64,000 bases of DNA, taken from positions 32,001 to 96,000 of IMG/VR virus record IMGVR_UViG_3300047369_000650; one strand, written 5' to 3'. The notes below the pieces were generated by a model. The model did not search any database. It was not told the origin of the DNA and saw nothing but the letters and a program-made list of their open reading frames with translations. Position 1 is the first letter of the stretch. The number at the start of each line of letters is the position of its first letter. This DNA is from a virus. The translations under genes were made by a program, and so were the position numbers. This document shows positions 1-11,200 of the stretch, piece by piece.

Positions 1-975
1 AATTTCGAAGGCGGTATATTAACCAATTTACTCTTATTGGGAACCGATGTTTTAAGAAATGAGCTTGTGTCGAGTACTGATGGTTTATTAAAAGACTCCG
101 TTTTAAATCAAGCTATGCAAGAAATAGTTTTAGGTAGAAAAGAAAATGCTGTTAATATTATACAAAGAGGATTAGAAAGTTTACCTAATCAGCCTTCTAA
201 TATAGATAATATTCTTAAGAGTGTTTATAGCATAAATCCTTCAATATCTAATGTTGTAGCTAGTAGAGGTTCTGAATTTACTCAATTAAAACCAGCAACT
301 ACTAAAGTAGAAAGATTAAATTCAAACGAACAGAATTTTCCAATTTCTTCTACAGTAGATAAAGGTGTTCCAAGTTCTTATAATTTTAAGTTTGTTGATA
401 GCTTAGAGGAACTTATTGCTGATTTTAGAGGAACCAATAGAGAAATTACCGAAACTGTTGTACACTGGACCGCACATTATATGGACCAAGGTCATGTTGG
501 TTCGGAAGAATTGCATAACATAGCAATAAATAGAGGATTTTCAGGATGCTCATACCATTATATTATTAAAAGAGATGGGTCACTTCAAAGAGGAAGACCG
601 TTGAACCGGATCGGGGCACACGCAAAAGCTAATGGTCATAATAAGTATAGTATAGGTGTTTCAATGGTAGGTGGATATAATTGTAATAGTGGTAATCCAC
701 GCTATAATAAATTTATTAGTGCCGAGTCTATCACATCAGAACAATGGAATACTTTAGATCAATTTCTTAAAGCTTTTTATGTTGTATGGCCTGGTGGACA
801 AGTTTGGGGTCATAACGATACTGATCCAGAGTCAAAGGTTGATCCTGGAATTGATATGCAAGAATATGTGCAAAATAAATTTAAGAAGAAAAATAAATCC
901 GCATCGGGGACTCTTCCACCCTTGTCTCCTTCCGAACTTGTAGGCGCAAGTAATACTAATGCAAAACCTTCGTAG
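1..975 (+). CDS. 5'-truncated ORF with C-terminal N-acetylmuramoyl-L-alanine amidase (Amidase_2 / AmpD / T7-lysozyme-like) domain
   Basis: The frame is open from base 1, so the TTG at 37 is probably not the true start. Motifs VVHWTAH, SYHYIIKRDG, GAH, SIGVSMVGG and WGHND...KVDPG give an AmpD-type His/His/Asp Zn site. Confidence 0.85.
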   Translation, partial: NFEGGILTNLLLLGTDVLRNELVSSTDGLLKDSVLNQAMQEIVLGRKENAVNIIQRGLESLPNQPSNIDNILKSVYSINPSISNVVASRGSEFTQLKPATTKVERLNSNEQNFPISSTVDKGVPSSYNFKFVDSLEELIADFRGTNREITETVVHWTAHYMDQGHVGSEELHNIAINRGFSGCSYHYIIKRDGSLQRGRPLNRIGAHAKANGHNKYSIGVSMVGGYNCNSGNPRYNKFISAESITSEQWNTLDQFLKAFYVVWPGGQVWGHNDTDPESKVDPGIDMQEYVQNKFKKKNKSASGTLPPLSPSELVGASNTNAKPS

Positions 976-985
976 AGGATAAATC

Positions 986-3025
986 ATGGTTACCGAAAAT
1001 GATAATATAGAAGAAAGAATTGCAACCGACGGGAAAGCTCAGGTTAATAATGAAGGTGTGCCTACAGACGGATTTGTTGACCCAGACGGAAAATATCCTA
1101 AAGATGAATATGTTGGTGAACCATCAGTTAATAAGGGATCACGTGGAACAAAAGTTCATAATTTAAAAATTAAAAATGGTTCCATAGGCTGTGAGACAAC
1201 TTTAGTAAAACAACCAAAAGCAATATACCCTTTAAATCAAGTGAACGAGTCAACATCTGGTCATATAATTGAAATTAATGATACTCCTGGCGGAGAAAGA
1301 ATACTTATTAAACATAAAGATGGTGCAGGTGTTGAAATAAAACCCGATGGTACTATTATTGTCAATAGTTTAGGTAATAGAGTTGATTTAGTATCTGAAA
1401 ATCATACTATGGCTGTAGAAGGTAATGGTTGTATCACATATTACGGCAATTTAAATCTTACTGTTCAGGGTGATTATAATTTAGATGTGAAGGGTGATTA
1501 TAATGTAAAAGTTGGCGGGAATAATATATTAAATGTTATAGGCAATTATCGTAAAAATATTGTCGGACTGTTTAATGAAGTAATACAGAAAACAAAAACA
1601 TCTACTGTACTACAAAAAGTTGCTAATACATATTTAAGTGGATTTGGTACTTACACAAAAGGCACATTTAATAATGAAGTAGATGGTACTGCAGAATATT
1701 CACATAGTGGTAATACATATATAACTTCTGAATCTGAAATCAGTATGTCTTCACCAAATGTAAATATTGCCGCTTCAGACATTTCAGTATTCGGAGATGA
1801 TGGAACTATTGGTGGCGACAATGTAACAATGTTTTCACAAAATAGTTATGTAGATAGAACTTTGCATGCAAGTGAAGTCGAAGCAAAGAAAACTATGAAA
1901 GCAAAAGTATTTCACGGTAGTTTAAACGGTACAGCAAAAGGTGCACTGAAAGCTGGTACTGCTGCCCTAGGAGCGTCACACAGTGGATCTGTAGATACTA
2001 CTGCACATATTAAAGAAGATCCTGTAGCACAAGGTAAAAAATTTAAACCAACTTCAACCATTGTCAATGCATTTCTATTCAATGAAGATAGAGGTGTAAG
2101 AGAAATCAGAATTGACAGAGATGGTGGAATATTAGATGGCATTAATCAAACTAAAAATTCTGGTGGTATAACAGATAAAAAATTAGATACTGGAGAAGTA
2201 AGATCAAAGTTGAAAGAAACTTCTAATCTAAAAAATAATAAATTTTTGGAAAGCCAGGTTGCAAATGAATCACTTAATTCTGAATTTGCTTCTGTGGCAC
2301 CAGAAAAAATTGGCAGAATAAAAGGTATAAATCAAACAGCAAGAACTGGCTATACACCAATAGGTTCAAGAAGGGAAGAAGCCCTAAGTAAAAAATATAC
2401 ACTTAGAGAGTCTTCATCTCGTGGAGTAGAAAGAACTATACCCGTTGATTCTAAGTATGATCCTAATAAACAAAGTGATATTACTATGGGAACTAATCTT
2501 GGAAGTGGTATTCCTATTTCTAAGTTTATAGCTGGAGCTAAAGACCCCATAAATTTAAATCATACAACTAGCGCAGAACAGAGAAAAAATATAGCAAGGA
2601 ATTTATATCCTCAGTCTGAGATAATTAATTTATTTTATCAGCTTGATCAATTTCAAGGGTATAATTTAGTAGTTGTTGAAGGCTTATATAAACCCGGACC
2701 TGAAGAAACTTTGACTCCCGGAGGTATTAAAGAATCCGCTAAAGATGGCAAGTTTGTTGTATATGAAGTCTATGACTCATTTACTGGTCAAATTTCTAAT
2801 AGTAAATCTTTTGATTTTGCTGTATATTTAAAAGATAATACTAATTATGAAAATTTAATTATGTACTACGATAATTATAACACTGATGGATCTTTACACT
2901 CTCAGGTAGGTGTTGGTATGCCGACCATACCAGAAAATTATACTGCATTTTTTAATAAAAATATTAAAACAGTTTATAACGGTACATTACAGACAACAAC
3001 AGACTTAATCGAAGTATTACCTTAA
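986..3025 (+). CDS. gp5: T4 gp5-like baseplate hub/spike protein; no lysozyme or N-terminal OB domain recognisable
   Basis: GFVDPDGKYP and SGHIIEINDTPGGERILIKHKDGAGVEIKPDG motifs, followed by V-x-G-N/D-Y beta-helix octapeptides. Lies directly upstream of gp25. Confidence 0.8.
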   Translation: MVTENDNIEERIATDGKAQVNNEGVPTDGFVDPDGKYPKDEYVGEPSVNKGSRGTKVHNLKIKNGSIGCETTLVKQPKAIYPLNQVNESTSGHIIEINDTPGGERILIKHKDGAGVEIKPDGTIIVNSLGNRVDLVSENHTMAVEGNGCITYYGNLNLTVQGDYNLDVKGDYNVKVGGNNILNVIGNYRKNIVGLFNEVIQKTKTSTVLQKVANTYLSGFGTYTKGTFNNEVDGTAEYSHSGNTYITSESEISMSSPNVNIAASDISVFGDDGTIGGDNVTMFSQNSYVDRTLHASEVEAKKTMKAKVFHGSLNGTAKGALKAGTAALGASHSGSVDTTAHIKEDPVAQGKKFKPTSTIVNAFLFNEDRGVREIRIDRDGGILDGINQTKNSGGITDKKLDTGEVRSKLKETSNLKNNKFLESQVANESLNSEFASVAPEKIGRIKGINQTARTGYTPIGSRREEALSKKYTLRESSSRGVERTIPVDSKYDPNKQSDITMGTNLGSGIPISKFIAGAKDPINLNHTTSAEQRKNIARNLYPQSEIINLFYQLDQFQGYNLVVVEGLYKPGPEETLTPGGIKESAKDGKFVVYEVYDSFTGQISNSKSFDFAVYLKDNTNYENLIMYYDNYNTDGSLHSQVGVGMPTIPENYTAFFNKNIKTVYNGTLQTTTDLIEVLP

Positions 3026-3031
3026 AAACAT

Positions 3032-3039
3032 TATAAATA
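3032..3039 (+). promoter_or_regulatory. T4-type late promoter TATAAATA upstream of gp25
   Basis: Exact consensus in the short gp5-gp25 intergenic gap. Confidence 0.8.
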
Positions 3040-3062
3040 ATACAATAAAATAAGAGAAAAAT

Positions 3063-3509
3063 ATGCCATCAAGATCATTATCAATTGAAGATAGAAAATT
3101 AGATGCTGGAGTAAAGATAGTTGCTTCAAGCAGTAGGATATATTCGGATATTGATTTAGCATTTAAAAAGAAAAAGAATGGTGATATATTTAAAAAGACT
3201 GACGCTAATGCGGTAAAACAAGCTGTTAAGAATTTAATTCTTACAAATCACTATGAAAAACCTTTTGTACCTTTCTTTGGTGGAAGTATTAGAGATATGC
3301 TGTTTGAACTTGGTGATCAGTTTTTAGATTTTGAAGTAGAGCAAAGAATAAAATTAGCAATAGAAAATTATGAACCAAGAGCTGAAGTAATAGACGTATC
3401 CACTTCATATAGAGACTATGCAAATTCTCTTGACGTATCAATAACTTTTGTTATATTAAGTACAAATGAAACAATTACACTAGAAACAGAAATTTCGAGG
3501 TTGAGATAA
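3063..3509 (+). CDS. gp25: Baseplate wedge subunit gp25
   Basis: YSDIDLAF, AVKQAVKNLILTNHYEKPF and IENYEPRAEV motifs; synteny with gp6. Confidence 0.93.
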   Translation: MPSRSLSIEDRKLDAGVKIVASSSRIYSDIDLAFKKKKNGDIFKKTDANAVKQAVKNLILTNHYEKPFVPFFGGSIRDMLFELGDQFLDFEVEQRIKLAIENYEPRAEVIDVSTSYRDYANSLDVSITFVILSTNETITLETEISRLR

Positions 3510-5350
3510 TGGCCACAAATATTACATCAACAGCTTTAGATTTTGATGCTATAAGAAATAGTTTAAAAACTTATTTTGCACAGCAACCAGAATTTTCTGA
3601 CTATAACTTTGAAGCATCTGGCTTATCTAATGTATTAGATGTTTTAGCTTACAATACACACTTTAATGGGCTTACCGCAAACTTTGCAACTAATGAAGCA
3701 TTTTTAAATACTGCGCAATTAAGATCATCAGTTGTATCACATGCCGAAGCTCTTGGTTATAGACCAAGATCAAGAACCCCATCATCTTCTTCACTCACGC
3801 TATATGTTAATCTTTCCGGCGTTGCAAATCGGCCATCTTCAATAACTCTAACTTCTGAGTGGGTATTTAATGCATCTAATGAGTCTGAAACTTTTCAATT
3901 TATAACAGATAAAAATTATAGTGCACAAGATGATGGAAATGGATTATATAGATTTTATGATGCAAATGGGAATTCGGATATTAAAGTTTTTCAAGGCGAG
4001 TTTAAAACAAAAACTTTTATTGTTGATGATACAGCAGAAAATCAAATATACGTTATACCAGATGAATCTCTTGATACCGGAAAAATAACAGTAAATGTTT
4101 ATGATACACCAACATCTACAAAATTTACTTCATATTATTTCTTAGATACTGCACTTACTGTGGACTCAACTACTGCATTCTTTGATATAAAAGAATCGCC
4201 AAACGGATACTATGAGATTAATTTTGGTGATGGTAAGAGTTTCGGTAAATCTCCTGCAGTTGGCAGTAAAGTTGTAGTCAGATATTTTTCTTCAAGAGGA
4301 ACTGATGCAAATGGATGTACTGGTTTTAAAAGCGCAAATAGTTTTGTTTTAAATGATGTAAACTATCCTGTTAATATTCAAATACAAAAATCTTCTACAG
4401 AAGGTTATGAAAAAGAAACAATAGAATCAATCCGTAAATTAGCACCACTTCAATTTGCAGCTCAGAAAAGATTAGTAACATCTGCAGATTACAGAGCAAT
4501 GATTTTATCTAACTTCCCTGTTATAAAAGATGTTGCAGTATGGGGCGGAGAAGATAATGTCCCTATTGATTATGGTAAGGTGTATATTAGTCTTCAATAT
4601 CAAGATGGAACATCAGATGCAGTAAAAACTGCAACACAAAATAGCATTGAAACTAACTTTACTAATCAACTTTCTGTTATGTCAATTTCAAATAAATATG
4701 TAACTCCTGAAGAAACATATTTAGAAATAACGGGTAATTTTAATTATGATCCTAGTTTAACTAATGATACAGGTTCTGCTATCCAAACAACTATTACAAA
4801 TTTTCTACAAGAATATTTTACAAATACTTTAAATAGTTTTAATTCATCTTTTAGTAGATCAGAAGTATTAACCGAAGTAAGTGATTTAAATAGAGCCATA
4901 CTTTCGGCAAAGATGGACCTTAAGGTTCAGCAAAGAGTAGATATAACTGTTGGTTCTCCTAAAAATTATAATATATATTTTCCAGTAATGTTAATTCCTG
5001 CTGAAGCGCAAGACTATAGTATTGAATCTTCAATGTTTACTTATGGTGATGATGCAGTTCGTTGTACGGTTAAAAATAAATTAAACTCAAATATATTACA
5101 GGTTGTATCAACTACGGGATCTATAATTGTAGAAGATATTGGAAGTTATAATTATCAAAAAGGTAGTGTAAATCTTAACGGTTTTGCTCCAGTCTCAATA
5201 TCGACTGGAACTACATATATCACATTTAGTTCAACTCCTCTCGATCAGAGTATGATTTCTCCTCTTAGAAATTATGTACTAAGATTGGATACTGCAAAAT
5301 TAAGAATGCAACCACTAAAGAATGAACAAGATACAAAGGTAGCGTTGTAA
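3509..5350 (+). CDS. gp6: Baseplate wedge subunit gp6
   Basis: LDFDAIRNSLK, FSDYNFEASGLSNVLDVLAYNTH, AQLRSSVVSHA, INFGDG and RLVTSADY motifs. Confidence 0.93.
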   Translation: MATNITSTALDFDAIRNSLKTYFAQQPEFSDYNFEASGLSNVLDVLAYNTHFNGLTANFATNEAFLNTAQLRSSVVSHAEALGYRPRSRTPSSSSLTLYVNLSGVANRPSSITLTSEWVFNASNESETFQFITDKNYSAQDDGNGLYRFYDANGNSDIKVFQGEFKTKTFIVDDTAENQIYVIPDESLDTGKITVNVYDTPTSTKFTSYYFLDTALTVDSTTAFFDIKESPNGYYEINFGDGKSFGKSPAVGSKVVVRYFSSRGTDANGCTGFKSANSFVLNDVNYPVNIQIQKSSTEGYEKETIESIRKLAPLQFAAQKRLVTSADYRAMILSNFPVIKDVAVWGGEDNVPIDYGKVYISLQYQDGTSDAVKTATQNSIETNFTNQLSVMSISNKYVTPEETYLEITGNFNYDPSLTNDTGSAIQTTITNFLQEYFTNTLNSFNSSFSRSEVLTEVSDLNRAILSAKMDLKVQQRVDITVGSPKNYNIYFPVMLIPAEAQDYSIESSMFTYGDDAVRCTVKNKLNSNILQVVSTTGSIIVEDIGSYNYQKGSVNLNGFAPVSISTGTTYITFSSTPLDQSMISPLRNYVLRLDTAKLRMQPLKNEQDTKVAL

Positions 5351-5354
5351 TACA

Positions 5355-6902
5355 ATGTCTGAAGATAGAAATAATTTATCACTTAGAGCAGACTATGTAA
5401 GGGATATTCTCCCGGAGTATTTTACTGCAGATTATCCTAATCTTATTCAGTTTTTAGAAACTTACTATGATGCTTTAGATAGTGATGGAAATTTCGGTAA
5501 TACTATAAAAGACTTATATGAAATAAGAGATATAGGAAAAACAGATTTAAAATATCTTGATAATTTATTTGGCGAAATAGGTCTCAGTTTATCTTCGGAG
5601 TTTGTTTCTAATCCAAGAGAAATATTAAAAAATTTAGCCAAGTTTTTTAGAGTAAAAGGTTCTCTTTATTCTGCTGAAGGTTTCTTTAGAGGATTTTTTG
5701 ATGCATCAGCAGAAGTTGAATACCCAAAAGATAAAATTTTTACTTTAGATGATCCATTATCAATACTTGGACCTAAATCATCTAAGAAGATGCAAGATGG
5801 AAGATTACATCAGGTATTATCTCATCTTATAAAGACTACAGTACCATTAAAAGACTGGGAACAATTATATAAAAAGTTTGTACATCCTGCTGGATTTTAT
5901 TTACATGCTGAAGCACAGCTTTATACTAATCCAATATATAAGCCTGTTGGTATTCTTTCAGATGCAACTCCACTAAATTTAAGAATTGAAACTGATAGTG
6001 CTTTACCGAAGTTGGCTATAGATACTCGTATTATTAGTAAAACTGATATGGGAAATAGTGACATTCTTATTATGGATGGCCATAAAGAATATGTTTGTGG
6101 ATCAAATACTAGAAGATTTCAATATGCAAATATACTAGACTATGCTGATAGTGAAGGGTGGTTTATTGAAGATAGTTATGGTAGAGCATTAGAAGGTCCG
6201 GGTCTTTCTGTTAAAAATTCTGTAGATGCTGGATTGTATAGTAATAAAGAAATACATGTTGCTGCTATTGATTTATCACCAACACTTAAAAGTGAAGATA
6301 TTAATTATCAACCAAGCCTTACGGAAGTACCAGGGGAGCCATATACTATATTTGAAGCTTCTCCGGCAACAATTAAAACATTAAATACACAAACACCAAG
6401 TACATCATCAACTTTAATTCAAATAAATATTCCTTCAGAATTAAATAAAACTCTTGCTCAAATTACAAGAGGCGATAGTAAAACATATATTTCAAGAATG
6501 TATTTAACGGGCAATTATTCGTCTACAAAGCTTGATATAGCTTTGCCTGGTTTAGGGGATTCTTTTGGTGGAGATTATTTCTGTATTGGTGGAGGCACAG
6601 ATGCTGCTAATCATTCTACTGCAGTTGTATCAGCCTCAGCTCCAGTATTAAGAGTTGATGATATTCTTGATTCATATGGTATATTAAATATAAACATTAA
6701 AAAGACCGGATCTGGTTCTATTGGTGTAAAATTTAACCTTTCGCATAAATTTAACAGTATATATGAGTGGATTAAGTATGATTCTAATGCAGTTTTTGAT
6801 ATAAATAGTTTTAATTATGGTGACAACCAAAGTATGAGAAATGTGACTATTCAAGAATTAAGAAACAAGAATATGTTATATTTAAAAGATGCAATAATTT
6901 AA
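5355..6902 (+). CDS. gp7: Baseplate wedge gp7-like protein (short form)
   Basis: LPEYF...YPNLIQFLETYY, KGSLYS...FFR and KKFVHPAGF motifs; located between gp6 and gp8. Confidence 0.7.
   Translation: MSEDRNNLSLRADYVRDILPEYFTADYPNLIQFLETYYDALDSDGNFGNTIKDLYEIRDIGKTDLKYLDNLFGEIGLSLSSEFVSNPREILKNLAKFFRVKGSLYSAEGFFRGFFDASAEVEYPKDKIFTLDDPLSILGPKSSKKMQDGRLHQVLSHLIKTTVPLKDWEQLYKKFVHPAGFYLHAEAQLYTNPIYKPVGILSDATPLNLRIETDSALPKLAIDTRIISKTDMGNSDILIMDGHKEYVCGSNTRRFQYANILDYADSEGWFIEDSYGRALEGPGLSVKNSVDAGLYSNKEIHVAAIDLSPTLKSEDINYQPSLTEVPGEPYTIFEASPATIKTLNTQTPSTSSTLIQINIPSELNKTLAQITRGDSKTYISRMYLTGNYSSTKLDIALPGLGDSFGGDYFCIGGGTDAANHSTAVVSASAPVLRVDDILDSYGILNINIKKTGSGSIGVKFNLSHKFNSIYEWIKYDSNAVFDINSFNYGDNQSMRNVTIQELRNKNMLYLKDAII
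6800..6807 (+). promoter_or_regulatory. Possible internal late promoter for gp8
   Basis: Exact TATAAATA about 105 nt upstream of the gp8 start, but inside an AT-rich CDS, so it may be chance. Confidence 0.35.
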
Positions 6903-6912
6903 TAGGTAGAGC

Positions 6913-8280
6913 ATGTCGACAATTGTAACACAAAACTTTAAAAAGGAACTCATGATTGGGACCATTCGTAGTATTAATAACACTACGGAGAACTATTATA
7001 TTGGCGTGTCTCGGTCTAATTCATGGAATGCTGCAGATTCAGCACCAGCAGCTAAAGACAATGTTAGGATTCAAAATGAATTCCGAAACGGTCTTCAATC
7101 TATTCATAGAGTTGCAGCTGCTGCATTAGTTGTTCCTCGTAAATCTTGGACTACTGGATCCACGTATGTTGCATATGATGATAAAAAAGATTTAACCGAC
7201 TATGGTTCAGACTTTTTCTATGTTGCAAATAATAATCATGATGTTTATATTTGTTTAAGACAGGGAACAGATGCAACTGGCTCAGCGGTAGCTTCGACGG
7301 TTCAACCTACAGGTTCTAATAATGATCCATTTGAAACATCTGATGGATATGTTTGGAAATTTCTTTATACTATTAGTGCATTAGATGCTACTTTATTCAT
7401 GACTAACGATCATATGCCTATTGATCGTATTTTAGCCACAGATTCAAATTCTACTGGTAATGAAATAAAACAGTATGAAGTTCAGAGTGCTGCAAAGCCC
7501 GGGATGATCACATCATTTGAAGTAACAGCAGGTGGTTCTGGTTATACCAATCCATCAGTTAATATTAATGGTGTTAATTATCCAACACTTGTTGATTTTA
7601 CTTTAGATTCTCCTTCAGGAACAATTGTAAAAGCAGAATATAATCCTGATTCCTCAGGCACTACTTTAAATTATGTTCACGGATTAAGAGGAGCACAAAT
7701 CACTCTTACTGATTCTAATGGAACAAATGGCGAAGTGAGAGCTGTTATGTCCAGTGGATTAGGTATTGGTGGAGATGCATCTTCTGATCTTAAGTGTGGT
7801 TCTATGATGATTGGTGTAAGAGTTGATGGTAATACATCTGACTGGCTACTTAATCAAGATTATAGACAAATCGGTATTATTAGAGGAATTAAAGATTCTG
7901 CTCAAGGTACTCAGTGGAATAATCTTACTGGGGGTGCTTTACAATCTATGACTCTTGCGACACAAACAGTTGCATTTACAACAGATGAAGTTATTGTTGG
8001 TGCTACAAGTGGTGCAAAAGCATACGTTGATCAAACTAATGGTAATACAATTCTATTCCATCAAAATGATTCAACTGGTTATGTTGGATTTGTAGCAAGC
8101 GAAACTTTAACAGAAATGAGTGGACCAGGACAGGGTACTGTAGGCAATCCACTTATAGCATCAGAAGTTGACCCATTTACAGGTGAAATATTGTATATAG
8201 ATAATAGGTCTGCAGTAACTAGAGTTGCTAATCAGACAGAAGATATTAAAATAGTTATTCAATTGGATGAGTGTTCATGA
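6913..8280 (+). CDS. gp8: Baseplate wedge subunit gp8
   Basis: YYIGVSRSNSW, VVPRKSWTTG, VYICLRQG, DGYVWKFLYTI, DYRQIGII and SGE-like GEILYIDNR motifs. Confidence 0.9.
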   Translation: MSTIVTQNFKKELMIGTIRSINNTTENYYIGVSRSNSWNAADSAPAAKDNVRIQNEFRNGLQSIHRVAAAALVVPRKSWTTGSTYVAYDDKKDLTDYGSDFFYVANNNHDVYICLRQGTDATGSAVASTVQPTGSNNDPFETSDGYVWKFLYTISALDATLFMTNDHMPIDRILATDSNSTGNEIKQYEVQSAAKPGMITSFEVTAGGSGYTNPSVNINGVNYPTLVDFTLDSPSGTIVKAEYNPDSSGTTLNYVHGLRGAQITLTDSNGTNGEVRAVMSSGLGIGGDASSDLKCGSMMIGVRVDGNTSDWLLNQDYRQIGIIRGIKDSAQGTQWNNLTGGALQSMTLATQTVAFTTDEVIVGATSGAKAYVDQTNGNTILFHQNDSTGYVGFVASETLTEMSGPGQGTVGNPLIASEVDPFTGEILYIDNRSAVTRVANQTEDIKIVIQLDECS

Positions 8281-11200
8281 CCGTAAACTATACTAAAAAT
8301 TTAGAAACCCAAGTTTATAAAGACGACTTTGATCCCGATAAAGGGTTCCATAAAGTATTATTTAAAAGCGGTAAAGCACTTCAAAGTAGAGAATTGAATC
8401 AACTTCAATCTATTATACAAGAAGAAATTAAAAGACTTGGTACTAATCTTTTTAAAGAAGGTGCTTCACTTGAGTCTGCTGCTCTTACCTTTAATAATCG
8501 TTATAGGTATATTAAACTTAATACTGACCCAACTGATGCTACAACTCCTGGTGTTTCTTTACCTACAAATGTTTCTAATTTTAAAGATAAAGTTTTTATT
8601 GGACAACTTTCTGGAATTTCTGTAAAAGTTATTGAAATAGTAGAAGCTGATGGATCAGATCCAGCAACAATTTATGTTCAATATCTTGATACTCTAAATG
8701 GAACATCTGGAACAGAACCTGCTTCTGTATCCCCAGGCGAAGAATTACTTGAAAAAGACGGTTCTGTGGTATTGGTTGTTCAAACAACTAACACTACTGC
8801 AGATCCAGCAACTGGTTATGGTTTTAGAATTTCTGCTGGTCCAGCTTCATTCTTTGCTGAAGGCCATTTTGTCCATGCACCAAAACAAAGTCTTATTGTT
8901 GCAAAGTATTTTTCAAATCCAACTGCTACTATCGGGTTTAAACTTACACAGGTAGTTACTACAGCAGATGATGACGAATCGTTATATGATAATCAAGGAG
9001 ATTTGCCGAACTATACGGCTCCTGGTGCGGATAGATATACAATTAATTTAGAATTAGTAAATAAGAATACTATTCAAGCTGATGAGACATTTATCTATTA
9101 CGCTAAAATTGAACACGGGTTCCTTGTTGAAGCAGTTACTGGATACGAGCAATATAATAAAATTAATGATATTATGGCCGTACGAACGAAAGAAGAGTCT
9201 GGTAATTATACTGTAAAACCATTTAGACTTTCTTGGGATGAACATTCATCAGATAACACAAAACTATCTTTAGGTGTAAGTAGCGGTACAGCGTATGTAA
9301 ATGGTTATAGAGTAAGTAAAGCATCTGCTAGTACTTTAGATATACCAAGATCAACTACTACTATAACACAAGAAAATAAAGGCATCTCTGGAACATATGG
9401 TAATTATATACTAGTTGAAGCTGGTTTCTTCGGCGTTCCTGATGTAAATATTTTTGAACGAGTAGATATCAGTGACGATACTACAGGAACTGCCCCTTTT
9501 GGTGTTAACGATAAAATTGGTTCTTTAAGAATTAGAGGTATAGATCCTGGAGAGCCAGGATCAAATACATTTAAGGTATATGTGTTTGATATTGAAATGA
9601 ACGCCGGTAAAATATTTAATAGAGATGCTAGGGCAATCGGTTTAGATAGTGGAGCTTGTAGTTGTGAAAGACAAGAAATGAGACTTGTCAGATCAAATAA
9701 TAAAGTTATAATATATGAAACTCAAGCAAATGAGCTGTTCTTTAAAATACCAGGCAATAGACCAAGCGCAGTTTCAGATGTTTCTATGACTCTTGCAAAA
9801 AGATATAGAGGTACTGCTGCAGCAAATGGCTCGATGACAATAACTGCTTCAGCAGGAGAAGTATTTACAGATACCGCTAATTGGATTATTTCAGACCCAG
9901 GCGGAGCAACAGCAGGACAATCTCCTACATATGCTGGAGTTGGTACATCAAGTGTTACTATTACGGGTTTAGTTAGTTCTAAAAATGGAGGTACAATTGC
10001 TACAGGCTTTGATCAATTTGAAGTATATGCTTATACATTTAAAGGAGCTTGTAATGTTGCCTCTAAAACAAAAGTAACAACTACAGCACTTGCTACTTTT
10101 AACCCAAGTACGGGTGTCGCACAGCTACCCTATACTGATGTAATAGGCGTAGAAGAAATTAGAATATTGGCTTCTAACGGAAATCTTGTTACAGATAAGT
10201 TTGAAGTAGATGGCGGTCAAAGAGATAATTCATACCAGAAAGGTTCTATTACCATTAAACCTGGTAGAACAGTTACTGGTAATTTCCAGAATACAACTCT
10301 TCAGCTATTTGTTAAATTCTCTTATTTTGCTCATGGTTCTGGTGACTTTTTTGGACCTAGTTCTTACTCAACAATTGATTATCAAGATATTCCTAATTAT
10401 CAATTAGCAAACGGCCGCTATGTGGATTTAAAAAATTATCTTGATTTTAGATCATCAAAAGGAAGTAGTGGTACATATTCGACCACTGATGCCGAAATAT
10501 TTATTTTACCAAGACAAGGCTCAACTATTGTAGCTGATGTTTCATATTATCAGCCAAGATATGATAAGTTAGTTTTAACACAACAGGGCGAATTTAAATA
10601 TATTAAAGGAACCCCATCTTTAAATCCTAAGTTTCCTTCAATTCCTGATGGTGCTATGGAACTTCATAGAATTAGATTAAATGCTGGAACATTTGGTCCT
10701 GATGATTTAACATTCTCAATGCTTGATAACAAACGCTATACAATGAGAGATATTGGAAAGCTAGAGAAAAAGATTGATGATCTTGCAGAAGTAACATCTC
10801 TTACACTATTAGAAATGGATACTGCAAATATTGATGTATTAGACGAAGATAATAGGAATAGAACAAAATCAGGATTTATGGCGGACAATTTTGAGAATCA
10901 ATATTTCTCAGATATTACACATCCAGGGTATTCAGCAGCTATTGATCCAAGAAATAAACTTATAAGACCAAGAGCAATTACAAATAACATTGGTCTTTAT
11001 TATGACTCAAATGCATCCACAAATACTATTATGAAAGGTGATAATGTATATACAACTTATAATACAACACCTTACATTGTTCAAGATATTGCATCATCGT
11101 CCATAAATGTCAATCCATATTTGAATTTATTTTACAATGGTGCTATGTCACTTTCCCCAGCATCTGATGACTGGTATGAAACTGATTATATCCCAGATAA

